Below are positions 51,054 through 60,395 of a stretch of DNA of 64,000 bases, in pieces; positions within the stretch are counted from its first letter, which is position 1, and every line of letters starts with the position of its first letter. The stretch is from assembly GCA_002435905.1 (NCBI GenBank), contig DIWW01000016.1, positions 72,389-136,388 of the forward strand. Direction: 5' to 3'. A program made the position numbers and the translations under genes. A model generated the notes under the pieces. That model saw only the letters and a program-made list of their open reading frames with translations, had not been told where the DNA came from and did no database searches. The DNA is from Peptococcaceae bacterium UBA6096 (GTDB taxonomy: Bacteria; Bacillota; Peptococcia; DRI-13; UBA5745).

Positions 51054-52343
51054 TCATTCCACCGTCATCCCCATGGCTTGGGCCATATCGGCAATAATAT
51101 CTTTGGCATCTTCCAATCCCAGGGAGACACGGATCAGCTCCGGATTCACGCCTGCGGCAATTTGGTCCTCCTCGGACATCTGCTGATGGGTTGTACTTCC
51201 GGGATGGGTCACAATGGAACGGGTATCCCCTACATTGGTTACATGGGACAGCAGCTGAACCGATTCGATGAACTTTTTGCCGGCTGCCAGTCCGCCTTTC
51301 AGACCGAAGGAGAAGATGGCGCCGATTCCCTTGGGCATGTATTTCTGGACCAGGGGGTAGTCCGGATGATCGGGATCCGCCGGATAGTTCAGCCAGGAAA
51401 CGTTGGGATTGGTTTTAAGCCAGGCCGCCACGGCATTGGCATTTTCAACATGCTTCCGCATCCGAAGGGACAAGGTTTCGATTCCCTGCAGGATCAGCCA
51501 GGAATTCATGGGACTGATGGCCGGGCCCATGTCCCGCATCATTTGGACACGGGCTTTGACGATAAAAGCCGCCGCCCCGAAGTCCTGGACGTAACGGATG
51601 CCGTGATAGCTTTCATCCGGCTCCGTCAATCCCGGATAGAGGCCGGAAGCGTTCCAATCAAATTGACCGGAATCCACAATGATGCCGCCCAAAGAATTGC
51701 CGTGGCCGCCCAAATATTTGGTGGCGGAGTGGATCACAATGTCTGCTCCGAACTCAAAGGGCCGGCTCAGATAAGGTGTGGTGAAGGTGGCATCCACCAG
51801 GAGCGGCAGCCCGTGCTCATGGGCAATGGCCGCAACGGCTTCCATGTCCACCATGGCCATGCTGGGATTGCTGATGTTCTCCACATAGACCGCCCGGGTC
51901 TTTTCATTGATGGCCTTTCGGAAGCCTTCTAAATCTTTAGGATCTACAAAATGGACTTTGATGCCTAGCTTTTTGAAGGTCACTGCAAAGAGGTTGAAGG
52001 TGCCGCCGTACAATGCGCTGGAAGCGACGATCTCCTGACCCGTTTCGACAATGTTCAAGCAGGCCAGCATGATTGCGGACATGCCCGAGCCGGTGGCCAG
52101 GGCGCCAATCCCGCCTTCCAAAGCCGCCACCCGTTTTTCCAGCACATCCGTGGTCGGATTCTGAAGCCGTGTATAGATGTTGCCCTCCTCTTTGAGAGAG
52201 AATAGGTCGGCGGCATGCTGGGCATCCCGGAAAACATAGGCTGTGGTCTGATAGATGGGAAGGGCCCGGGCTCCGGTTACAGGATCCGGCACTTGGCCGG
52301 CATGGACTTGCAGGGTGTCAAATCCCCAATCTTTATTCGTCAT
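51054..52343 (-). CDS. metY: O-acetylhomoserine aminocarboxypropyltransferase/sulfhydrylase (Cys/Met-metabolism PLP enzyme)
   Basis: GFDTLQVHAGQVPDPVTGARALPIYQTTAYVF...HSATKYLGGHGNSLGG (PLP lysine). Start ATG 52343 (GGAGG upstream), only 18 nt after the purD stop. Confidence 0.9.
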   Translation of the reverse strand: MTNKDWGFDTLQVHAGQVPDPVTGARALPIYQTTAYVFRDAQHAADLFSLKEEGNIYTRLQNPTTDVLEKRVAALEGGIGALATGSGMSAIMLACLNIVETGQEIVASSALYGGTFNLFAVTFKKLGIKVHFVDPKDLEGFRKAINEKTRAVYVENISNPSMAMVDMEAVAAIAHEHGLPLLVDATFTTPYLSRPFEFGADIVIHSATKYLGGHGNSLGGIIVDSGQFDWNASGLYPGLTEPDESYHGIRYVQDFGAAAFIVKARVQMMRDMGPAISPMNSWLILQGIETLSLRMRKHVENANAVAAWLKTNPNVSWLNYPADPDHPDYPLVQKYMPKGIGAIFSFGLKGGLAAGKKFIESVQLLSHVTNVGDTRSIVTHPGSTTHQQMSEEDQIAAGVNPELIRVSLGLEDAKDIIADMAQAMGMTVE

Positions 52344-52361
52344 ACATTTCGCCTCCATGAT

Positions 52362-53642
52362 TCATGAACGGTTGAGCGCACGATGGGCAATATCCCGGCG
52401 ATACTGCATTCCATCAAAGGTAATCGTCTGAACGCCGGCATAGGCTTTTTGCAAGGCCAGGGGCAGCGTTTCCCCGGTGGCTGTCACAGAAAGCACCCTG
52501 CCGCCGCTGGTCAGCCAAGCGGTTCCGGCCTTCGTTGACTGCAGGGACGTGCCGCAATGGAAGACCATCACGTCCGGCCGTACTTGTTCCAAACCATGGA
52601 TCTTATCTCCTTTGCGGACCATACCCGGATAGCCATGGGCCGCCATAACGATCGTGACGCAATGGCCAGTCTGCCATTCCAACGGCAGCTGGTCCAAGGT
52701 TCCGCGGATACAGGCCAGCAGGGTGGAAACCAGGTCGGTCTTCAACATGGGCAGCACCACTTCCGTTTCCGGATCACCGAAACGCGCGTTGAATTCCAGA
52801 ACCATGGGACCCTTGGCAGTGATCATCAATCCGGCATAAAGGACGCCCTTGAATTCCCGCCCTTCGGCGGCCATGGCGTTCACCACAGGCTGCAGGACGG
52901 TTTTTTCGACTTCGGCCACCAACGCGGCAGTTCCTACAGGCGCCGGCGCATAAGCGCCCATGCCGCCGGTGTTGGGTCCCTTGTCGCCGTCAAAAATGCG
53001 TTTGTGGTCCTGGGCCGTCATCATAGGGATCACCGTTTTGCCATCGCTGAAAGCCATCAGGCTCAGTTCTTCGCCTTCCAGGAATTCTTCGATGACCAGG
53101 GAGGCGCCGGCTGCTCCAAAAGCGTTTTCGGCTAAAATATAGTCGATGGCCGTATCGGCCTCGGCCTCTGTTTCACAAATCAAAACACCTTTGCCGGCGG
53201 CCAGGCCGTCTGCCTTGACCACGCAAGGACCGCCGAAGCTGCGCACAAAGGCTTTGGCCGGCGCAACCTCCTGAAAAATACCGTATTTTGCGGTAGGGAT
53301 CCCATGGCGTGCCATGAAATCCTTGGAAAAAGCTTTGCTGCCTTCCAGCTGGGCCGCCGCCTTGGAGGGTCCGAAGGCCGGGATCCCGGCAGCCGTCAAG
53401 GCATCGACCAAGCCCAGAGTCAAAGGCAATTCCGGTCCAACCACCGCCAATCCGATGTGTTGCTCTTTCGCAAAGGCAACCAAAGCCGGGATATCGTCGG
53501 CCGGGATCGGCACATTCACCGCAAGGCTGGCGGTGCCGCCATTGCCAGGGGCGCAATAGATCGTATCCGTCTGCGGACTTTGCCGCAGTTTCCAGGCCAA
53601 GGCATGCTCTCTGCCGCCGCTGCCTACAATCAGGATCTTCAA
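52362..53642 (-). CDS. purD: Phosphoribosylamine-glycine ligase
   Basis: MKILIVGSGGREHALAWKLRQSP...YCAPGNGG...VVKADGLAAGKGV. Confidence 0.93.
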   Translation of the reverse strand: MKILIVGSGGREHALAWKLRQSPQTDTIYCAPGNGGTASLAVNVPIPADDIPALVAFAKEQHIGLAVVGPELPLTLGLVDALTAAGIPAFGPSKAAAQLEGSKAFSKDFMARHGIPTAKYGIFQEVAPAKAFVRSFGGPCVVKADGLAAGKGVLICETEAEADTAIDYILAENAFGAAGASLVIEEFLEGEELSLMAFSDGKTVIPMMTAQDHKRIFDGDKGPNTGGMGAYAPAPVGTAALVAEVEKTVLQPVVNAMAAEGREFKGVLYAGLMITAKGPMVLEFNARFGDPETEVVLPMLKTDLVSTLLACIRGTLDQLPLEWQTGHCVTIVMAAHGYPGMVRKGDKIHGLEQVRPDVMVFHCGTSLQSTKAGTAWLTSGGRVLSVTATGETLPLALQKAYAGVQTITFDGMQYRRDIAHRALNRS

Positions 53643-53668
53643 GGGCTTCCCTCCTATATCATGCTCTG

Positions 53669-54250
53669 CTATTTGTTTTCTTCAAGATATGCCGCAATGC
53701 AGGTATCATAAGCCGCCGTATGGGCAAAAGCCTCCGCGGCCAGCTGCCGGCGCATGACCAGGGATACTTCCCCTTTTTCCCGGAGCTCCGCCAGCAATTG
53801 GGCATACCGTTCCGGTTTCACCACGATGGCAACCCGTTCATGGTTTTTGGCCGCTGCCCGGACCATGGCCGGTCCGCCGATGTCGATCTGTTCCACGGCT
53901 TCTTCACGGGTGATGCCCGGCTTGGCAATGGTTTCACGGAAAGGATAAAGATTGACCACCACGATGTCGATCATGTCGATGCCTGCCGCGGCGGCCTCGC
54001 TCTGGTGCTCTGGGGTGGGCCGTGCCAGGATCCCGCCGTGGATCTTGGGATGCAGGGTTTTGACCCGGCCATCCATGATCTCCGGGAATCCAGTCACAGA
54101 GGACACAGTGCGGACAGGAATGCCTGCAGCCTGCAGGGCTTTGTAGGTCCCGCCGGTAGAAATGATTTCATAGCCTAATTCGGTCAGTGCCTTGCCAAGC
54201 TCCGTGATTCCGGATTTGTCGGATACACTGACCAATGCTCTCTTACTCAT
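53669..54250 (-). CDS. purH: Stand-alone IMP cyclohydrolase (MGS-like N-terminal domain of PurH), 193 aa
   Basis: [46 protein letters not shown]...[15 protein letters not shown]...VVVNLYPF...[16 protein letters not shown]. The frame stops where bifunctional PurH would continue into the AICARFT domain. Confidence 0.85.
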   Translation of the reverse strand: MSKRALVSVSDKSGITELGKALTELGYEIISTGGTYKALQAAGIPVRTVSSVTGFPEIMDGRVKTLHPKIHGGILARPTPEHQSEAAAAGIDMIDIVVVNLYPFRETIAKPGITREEAVEQIDIGGPAMVRAAAKNHERVAIVVKPERYAQLLAELREKGEVSLVMRRQLAAEAFAHTAAYDTCIAAYLEENK

Positions 54251-54301
54251 GCTGATCGGATCTCCTTTAATTTGTATTTTCTAAGCCGAAAAACGGTTCG
54301 C

Positions 54302-54907
54302 TTATCGGTCGATGGTGACGCGGCGGCCTTCACGACGGATGCGTCCCTGGCTGTATAAGGCCAACACCTGGGAATACAGCTTATGTTCTTCCGAGAGGAT
54401 ACGGGCTGCCAGCGTGTCTTCTGTATCCTCGGGCAATACCGGAACCACCGCCTGGTCGATGATGGGCCCTGTGTCCACGCCTTCATCCACAAAATGGACT
54501 GTACAGCCGCTGAAGCGGACGCCGTAGCGGATCGCCTGGGCCTGGGCATGCAGTCCCGGAAAAGAAGGCAGCAGCGCCGGATGGATATTGAAGATCGGCT
54601 TGCCTGCCTGATGGACAAAATCGCTGCCGAGGATCCGCATATAGCCTGCCAGTACGATGCAGTCCGGCTCATAAGCCATGACAGCGTCCAGAAGGCGCCG
54701 TTCATAGCCGGCTTTACCATCGTCCAGCTTGGGATTGACCCATAGGGCAGGAATCTGTCGTTCCCTGGCATGGTCCAGCGCCTTTGCGTCTTCTTTATCA
54801 CTGATCACCGCGGCCACCTGTCCCGCCAAATGGTTTGCATCGATGGCCGTGAAAATAGCCTGTAAGTTTGATCCCCTGCCGGAGGCCAAAACCACCATGC
54901 GAAGCAT
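54302..54907 (-). CDS. purN: Phosphoribosylglycinamide formyltransferase
   Basis: MLRMVVLASGRGSNLQAI...NIHPALLPSFPG...GCTVHFVDEGVDTGPII. Start ATG 54907 abuts the purM stop; the track ORF is over-extended to 55042. Confidence 0.9.
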   Translation of the reverse strand: MLRMVVLASGRGSNLQAIFTAIDANHLAGQVAAVISDKEDAKALDHARERQIPALWVNPKLDDGKAGYERRLLDAVMAYEPDCIVLAGYMRILGSDFVHQAGKPIFNIHPALLPSFPGLHAQAQAIRYGVRFSGCTVHFVDEGVDTGPIIDQAVVPVLPEDTEDTLAARILSEEHKLYSQVLALYSQGRIRREGRRVTIDR

Positions 54908-54909
54908 GC

Positions 54910-55980
54910 TTATCCCTCCAAGCCTTTCACGATCACGTCCCGGTTGCCGGGCACGACCTTGCCGACGGCCCAAGCCGATTCTCCTTTGGAAGCCAGGTAA
55001 TCCAACAGCGCAGCTGCCTGATCCTCCGCCACAAAGAAGCAATAGCCTATGCCCATATTATAAGTCCGCAGCATTTCCATGGTGTCCACATTGCCTGCAG
55101 CCTGCAGCCACTTGAAGACCGGCAGCACCGGCCAGCTGCCCCAGCTGAGTTCAATGGCCATGCCTTTAGGCAAGACGCGGTTTGGATTTTCCAGGAGACC
55201 GCCACCGGTGATATGGCTCATTGCTTTGATCTCAACACCCAATGACCGCAGCTCCGCTAAAGCTTGCAGGACCAATTTGACGTAGATACGGGTCGGTTTA
55301 AGCAACTCATCCGCCACAGTGCATCCCCATTCCGGGATCACTTCGTCCAGCTTTTTGCCTGCATGGTCAAAAACGATCTTGCGGGTCATGGAAAAGCCGT
55401 TGGAGTGCAGGCCTGAGGACGCAATGCCGATCATCACATCACCCGGCAGGATCTTGCTGCCGTCGATCATTTGATCTTTGTCCACCACGCCCACCGCAAA
55501 ACCGGCGATGTCATATTCGCCCGGCTTATAGAAGCCCGGCATTTCGGCGGTTTCGCCGCCGGCCAGGGCGCAGCCTGCCTGGCAGCAGCCCTCCGCCACA
55601 CCGGAAACGATGGCTTCCGCCTGGGCTGGGTCCAAATGCCCTACAGCAAGGTAATCCAAAAAGAAAAGGGGTTCAGCGCCGGAAACCAGGATGTCATTGA
55701 CGCACATAGCCACACCGTCGATCCCCACCGTATTGTGCCGGCCGGCAGCCTGTGCCACCGCCAGTTTGGTGCCGACACCGTCTGTGCCTGAAACCAGGAT
55801 CGGCTGTTTATATTTCTTCAGATCCAATTGGAAAAGGGCGCCGAAGCCGCCGATGCCGCCCAGCAATCCCGGCCGGCGTGTCTTTTCCACCCAGGGTTTG
55901 ATCCGTTCCACGGTCTCATTGCCCCGGTCAATATCCACCCCGGCAGCGCGGTAGGTGATTTTTTCTTGGCTGTTGCTCAT
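54910..55980 (-). CDS. purM: Phosphoribosylformylglycinamidine cyclo-ligase (AIR synthetase)
   Basis: ITYRAAGVDIDRGNE...GGIGGFGALF...LVSGTDGVGTKL. Start at MSNSQE (AAGGAGG upstream). Confidence 0.93.
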   Translation of the reverse strand: MSNSQEKITYRAAGVDIDRGNETVERIKPWVEKTRRPGLLGGIGGFGALFQLDLKKYKQPILVSGTDGVGTKLAVAQAAGRHNTVGIDGVAMCVNDILVSGAEPLFFLDYLAVGHLDPAQAEAIVSGVAEGCCQAGCALAGGETAEMPGFYKPGEYDIAGFAVGVVDKDQMIDGSKILPGDVMIGIASSGLHSNGFSMTRKIVFDHAGKKLDEVIPEWGCTVADELLKPTRIYVKLVLQALAELRSLGVEIKAMSHITGGGLLENPNRVLPKGMAIELSWGSWPVLPVFKWLQAAGNVDTMEMLRTYNMGIGYCFFVAEDQAAALLDYLASKGESAWAVGKVVPGNRDVIVKGLEG

Positions 55981-56021
55981 TTCGTCCTCCTTCAGCAAGG
56001 TCGCTGTCATGATGTTATTAT

Positions 56022-56528
56022 TTATTTGCTTATATCCTTCAGCTGCGTCTGCAGCTTTTCATCCTTGGCTTCCACTTCCTTGGCCATTTTGGCCTTGTGC
56101 TCCAGGAATTTTTGGCGCAGTGCCGCATCCTTGATGCCCAGCATCTGGATCGCAAGCAGCGCAGCGTTTTTTGCGCCATCGATGGCCACCGTAGCCACCG
56201 GCACGCCGGAAGGCATCTGAACCGTCGCGTACAATGCGTCCAAGCCCTGCAGAGAGGTCCCATTGATCGGGACGCCGATCACAGGCAGCGGGGTTTCCGA
56301 AGCTAAAACACCGGCTAAATGGGCTGCCGCGCCGGCACCCGCAATAATCACATCGATGCCGCGGCCATGGGCTTCCCGTGACAAGGTCAGGGCTTTGGCT
56401 GGTGTCCGATGCGCAGACGCCACATGGACCTCATAGTCAACCTGAAATTCTGCCAATGTCTGAACAGCTTTCTCCATGATCTTCCAATCGGAATCGCTGC
56501 CCATGACGATCAATACTTTTGCACTCAT
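56022..56528 (-). CDS. purE: 5-(carboxyamino)imidazole ribonucleotide mutase / AIR carboxylase catalytic subunit
   Basis: VLIVMGSDSDWKIMEKA...VASAHRTP...IIAGAGAAAHLAGVLAS.TPLPVIGVP. Confidence 0.93.
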   Translation of the reverse strand: MSAKVLIVMGSDSDWKIMEKAVQTLAEFQVDYEVHVASAHRTPAKALTLSREAHGRGIDVIIAGAGAAAHLAGVLASETPLPVIGVPINGTSLQGLDALYATVQMPSGVPVATVAIDGAKNAALLAIQMLGIKDAALRQKFLEHKAKMAKEVEAKDEKLQTQLKDISK

Positions 56529-56672
56529 CTAATACGCATCCTTTCCTTTAAATCCATTGATTGGCAAGGCTGTCCCTGTGCCGTTTCAACAAGTATTTTT
56601 TTGTAATAGTTTATTATAACATGAGTTTTAAAATTAAAAAACGATGGTTTCTGTATACACAGCCCCGATTTT

Positions 56673-57104
56673 TCATTTCGCCAGGAGGTTTTTCAGCTTC
56701 GCTTCAAACGCTTTGTCCTGCGCCGCCCTGCGTTTGGCCGGGCCTTTGATGCGGCCGCCGGCGCTTCGGATCTTTTTTGCCGTATAACGGGCAAGCAACA
56801 GGGCATCAATGTTTTCCCCTGTGTATTCCCTGCCGTCCTGGTTGATCGGTATGGCCCCTTTGGCCAGGCACATAGCAGCCAGGCCATAGTCCTGGGTCAC
56901 CACAATATCGCCTTTTTGAACCCGGTTCACCAGGGCGAAGTCCACGCTGTCCGCGCCTTTGGACAGGATCAGCGTCACCGCGCCGGTCTTTTCGATGATA
57001 TGGGCAGTATCGCACAATATCAGGCACGGGATGCTGTTCTGACGGGCCAGCCTGACAGCGATATCCACCACGGGGCAGCCATCGGCATCGAGCAGGATCT
57101 GCAT
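56673..57104 (-). CDS. YaiI/YqxD (UPF0178, DUF188) family protein
   Basis: MQILLDADGCPV...ILCDTAHI...ADSVDFALVNRVQKGDIVVTQDYGLAAMCLAKGA. Confidence 0.8.
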   Translation of the reverse strand: MQILLDADGCPVVDIAVRLARQNSIPCLILCDTAHIIEKTGAVTLILSKGADSVDFALVNRVQKGDIVVTQDYGLAAMCLAKGAIPINQDGREYTGENIDALLLARYTAKKIRSAGGRIKGPAKRRAAQDKAFEAKLKNLLAK

Positions 57105-57106
57105 GG

Positions 57107-57322
57107 TCAGCCTCCCATCGGTTCAAAACGCAGCATGGTCTTTCCGTCCTTAAAGACGGTTTGGTTCCACATGGATGCCGGCCGGACCCAGATCGCCCCT
57201 TCGTCATAGAGGGCCCGATAAACCACCATTTCCTCCAGGGTCTCTGAATGTCTTGCAGTATAAAGGACTTCATATTCGTTGCCTTTGTAATGGCGGTAAC
57301 GTCCGGGGCGTATCGTTTCCAT
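57107..57322 (-). CDS. DUF1653-family small protein (71 aa)
   Basis: GRYRHYKGNEYEVLYTARHSETLEEMVVYRALY is the signature of that family. Start ATG 57322 (AAGGAGG upstream); the track ORF is over-extended to 57496. Confidence 0.7.
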   Translation of the reverse strand: METIRPGRYRHYKGNEYEVLYTARHSETLEEMVVYRALYDEGAIWVRPASMWNQTVFKDGKTMLRFEPMGG

Positions 57323-57408
57323 CAGATCCTCCTTGCAGACTTTAGATTTCTTTGGGTTTAAGTTTAGCATTGTTTGTGCAAAATGACCACTGCCCCAGCC
57401 GCGATCAT

Positions 57409-57462
57409 AAAAAAACAGCCTGCACCACCGCCCTTTGATTTGCGGCTGTGCGGGCTGTTTTT
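57409..57462. terminator. Bidirectional-looking terminator after the nucleobase permease gene
   Basis: A7 - CAGCCTGCACCACCGCC...GCGGCTGTGCGGGCTG - T5. The long stem is imperfect and flanked by A/T runs on both sides. Confidence 0.55.
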
Positions 57463-57543
57463 CTGTTGTTCGATGGATGGATGGGCCCTGATGCAAAAAA
57501 TCTGTCCTCTGTTCAGACCCGATCCTGCCTGTTTTTGGTTTTG

Positions 57544-58845
57544 TCAGTCGTTGGTCATGCCAAGCTTGTCAAACATATAAAATAAAAGGCTCAGGACCAT
57601 ACCGACCACGGTGGCCAAGACCATGCCCCGCAATTCAATGTTGCCGAATTTCAGCGCAACGCCGGAAAGCCCCACCACAAAGACCACGGAGGTCAAGGCA
57701 AGATTTTTGGACCGGCCCATATCCACCTGGGCATCGATCAGGATCCGGATGCCGGAGGCGCCGATCATACCATAAAGGAGGAAGGAAATACCGCCGATCA
57801 CCGCGCCGGGAATCGTGCTGATGAGAGCCGTCAATTTACCGACAAAGGAGACAATAATGGAAAGAACCGCAGCGCCGCCGATGACCTGGACGCTGTAAAC
57901 CTTGGTCATGGCCATGACGCCGATGTTTTCTCCATAAGTCGTTGTAGGGACCGCGCCCACCAAACCGGAAAGCATGGTGGAGAAATTGTCCGCAAACAAG
58001 GAACGGTGCAAACCGGGATCCACCAGCAAATCCCTTCCGATGATCTTGCTGGTGACCAATTGATGGCCGATATGCTCCGAGGCAATCACCAGGAGCACCG
58101 GCATCATGATGATGATGGCCTGGAGATTAAATTTCGGTGCGGAGAAATTGGGCAAAGAAAACCAGGGCGCCGTGATCACGGCGTCAAAATTTACAATGCC
58201 AAAGATCAAGGCGGCAACATAGCCTGTGATGATGGCCACCAGAATGGGGATCACCGCGAAGAATTTCTTGAAAAGCACAGAGCCGAAAACCGCCACCGCC
58301 AAGGTGATGCCAAAGACGATCACATTCTTTGGATCCACGGCGACGATGGTTTGGGTGAACAATCCAGTGGCTTGGTCCACCGTATAGCTGGTGTTCTGCA
58401 GCAAGCCTGCCGTGCTGGCTGCAGTGCCTGCCAATTCCAGACCGATCAGGGCAACCACAGGCCCCATGGCCGCAGGCGGAAGGACCACATTGATCCATTT
58501 GACCCCGAATTTATAAATGATGAAGGCCAGAATACAACCGCAAAAGCCAACGGCCGCGAAGCCGCCTAAGGCATAGGGGAAGCCCCATTTCCCGATAATG
58601 TAAAGCGCCGGTCCGATAAAGGCAAAGCTGGAGCCAAGATACGCAGGGGCTTTGCCTTTGGTGACAACAATAAATAAAAGCGTGCCAAAGCCATTCATGA
58701 AAAGAACTACGGCAGAATTGATTCCAAAAAGAAAAGGCACCAGCACCGAGGCCCCGAACATCGCAAACATATGCTGGATGCTGAGGGGAACCATCAGTGA
58801 CAAAGGCACCTTTTCTTCCACCTGGATGATTTTTCTACTTACCAA
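57544..58845 (-). CDS. NCS2-family nucleobase (uracil/xanthine) permease
   Basis: VPLSIQHMFAMFGASVLVPFLFG plus about 13 TM helices. The probable start is TTG 58843-58845 (GGAGGG 6 nt upstream); the track ORF starts at 58908. Confidence 0.83.
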   Translation of the reverse strand: MVSRKIIQVEEKVPLSLMVPLSIQHMFAMFGASVLVPFLFGINSAVVLFMNGFGTLLFIVVTKGKAPAYLGSSFAFIGPALYIIGKWGFPYALGGFAAVGFCGCILAFIIYKFGVKWINVVLPPAAMGPVVALIGLELAGTAASTAGLLQNTSYTVDQATGLFTQTIVAVDPKNVIVFGITLAVAVFGSVLFKKFFAVIPILVAIITGYVAALIFGIVNFDAVITAPWFSLPNFSAPKFNLQAIIIMMPVLLVIASEHIGHQLVTSKIIGRDLLVDPGLHRSLFADNFSTMLSGLVGAVPTTTYGENIGVMAMTKVYSVQVIGGAAVLSIIVSFVGKLTALISTIPGAVIGGISFLLYGMIGASGIRILIDAQVDMGRSKNLALTSVVFVVGLSGVALKFGNIELRGMVLATVVGMVLSLLFYMFDKLGMTND

Positions 58846-58966
58846 CCCAATCCCTCCATTTCTAAAATTGTCCAAGGAATTATAACATATTTTGGTATTA
58901 TACGTCACGTTTTTTTAATAAATTGTCAATATTCCTAAAATCCTATTCGGTGATGGTTTTTGGGCA

Positions 58967-59046
58967 AAAAAATGGCTTTGTGCCGGCCCCGCTCAAAAGG
59001 TCCAAAGCATGCTGCCCTGTTCCTCTGTGCGGGCGCCGCACAAAGC
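58967..59046 (-). terminator. Hairpin(s) and T-run after the AICAR transformylase gene
   Basis: The minus strand has a local hairpin CTTTGTGCGG-CGC-CCGCACAGAG. A longer-range stem pairs GGCTTTGTGC (complement of 59037-59046) with GCACAAAGCC (complement of 58974-58983), followed by ATTTTTTT. Confidence 0.5.
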
Positions 59047-59057
59047 CCCGTCTTGCT

Positions 59058-60239
59058 TTAGTGGTGGAATAAACGGATCCCGGTAAAGGCCATCGCGATG
59101 TGGTATTTATTGCATGTTGCGATCACATGGTCATCCCGGATGGAACCGCCGGGCTGCGCAATGTATTGAACACCGCTGCGGCTTGCCCGCTCGATGTTGT
59201 CCCCAAAGGGGAAGAAGGCGTCAGAACCGAGAGAAACCCCCGTCAGCGTATCCAGCCAGGCACGCTTTTCTTCCCGGGTCAAGGCTTCGGGCTTTTCAGT
59301 GAAGTAATTCGACCAGACATCGTCGCCCAAAACATCCATGAAATCATCGGAAATATAAACATCGATGGTGTTGTCCCGATCCGGCCGCCGGATATCCGGC
59401 CGGAAAGGCAGATTCAACACTTTGGGATTTTGGCGCAGATACCAGATATCGGCTTTGCTGCCAGCCAGACGGGTACAATGGATGCGGGATTGCTGGCCGG
59501 CTCCGACCCCGATCACCTGGCCTCCCTTGGCATAACATACGGAATTGGATTGGGTGTATTTCAGTGTGATCAAGGCGATCAGCAGGTCCCGCTTAGCTTC
59601 CTCCGGAATCGTCTGGTTGACCGTGGGCATCTCCTGGAGCATGCCCCCATGGATCACCAGCTCGTTCCGTCCCTGCTCGAAGGTGATGCCATAAACGTCT
59701 TTTTGTTCGATGGGCGCCGGCACATAACGCTCAGACATCTGAACCACGGTGTAGGTGCCTTTGCGCTTTTCCTTCAGGATCGTCAGCGCCTCATGGGAAT
59801 AACCGGGCGCAATCACCCCGTCGGAAACCTCTCTGGCAATCAAGCGGGCTGTCTGGACATCGCATTCGTCTGAAAGCGCAATAAAATCGCCATAGGAGGA
59901 CATCCGGTCCGCGCCTCTCGCCCGGGCGTAAGCACAAGCCAATGGAGACAATTCAAGGTCCTCCACAAAATAGATCTTCTTCAGGGTTTCATCCATCGGC
60001 AAGCCCACCGCGGCCCCTGCCGGGCTGACGTGTTTGAATGAGGCTGCCGCCGGCAGGCCAGTTGCCGCCTTCAGTTCTTTGACCAGCTGCCAGCTGTTGA
60101 AGGCATCCAGAAAGTTGATATATCCAGGCCGGCCATTCAGCACCTGAATCGGCAATTCGCCCTCCTTCATAAAAATTCTGGACGGCTTCTGATTCGGATT
60201 GCAGCCATATTTTAATTCGAGTTCCCGGGCCACCAGCAT
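59058..60239 (-). CDS. purH: Stand-alone AICAR transformylase (C-terminal domain of PurH), 393 aa
   Basis: ELKYGCNPNQKPSRIF...FKHVSPAGAA...AKGGQVIGVGAGQQSRIHCTRLA...LGSDAFFPFGDNIERA...AQPGGSIRD is the AICARFT pattern. No MGS/IMPCH domain is present. Confidence 0.88.
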   Translation of the reverse strand: MLVARELELKYGCNPNQKPSRIFMKEGELPIQVLNGRPGYINFLDAFNSWQLVKELKAATGLPAAASFKHVSPAGAAVGLPMDETLKKIYFVEDLELSPLACAYARARGADRMSSYGDFIALSDECDVQTARLIAREVSDGVIAPGYSHEALTILKEKRKGTYTVVQMSERYVPAPIEQKDVYGITFEQGRNELVIHGGMLQEMPTVNQTIPEEAKRDLLIALITLKYTQSNSVCYAKGGQVIGVGAGQQSRIHCTRLAGSKADIWYLRQNPKVLNLPFRPDIRRPDRDNTIDVYISDDFMDVLGDDVWSNYFTEKPEALTREEKRAWLDTLTGVSLGSDAFFPFGDNIERASRSGVQYIAQPGGSIRDDHVIATCNKYHIAMAFTGIRLFHH

Positions 60240-60395
60240 TCACTCCCTTCACAATGATGGTTCGTTTACAATACCCTATATTATACACTCTGCCTCTTGG
60301 ATAAATCCAGCACTGCTTTTAGTTTCAGCAGCATTCTCCCAATAATAATGGCAGCGGCCCTGTCGATCCGAGGCCGCTGCCATATTGAGCATTCT

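Noticed and set aside
56529-56672. A purine riboswitch upstream of purE.
   Set aside because: The 144-nt region is AT-rich with promoter-like elements. It lacks the conserved purine-riboswitch junction sequences and three-way-junction pairing as far as I can see.
58846-59057. A riboswitch or PyrR-type attenuator upstream of the nucleobase permease.
   Set aside because: After the promoter-like TATAAT/TGTTATAAT elements, the leader is only about 45 nt. The hairpins in this interval sit upstream of the promoter and fit termination of the preceding AICAR transformylase gene.
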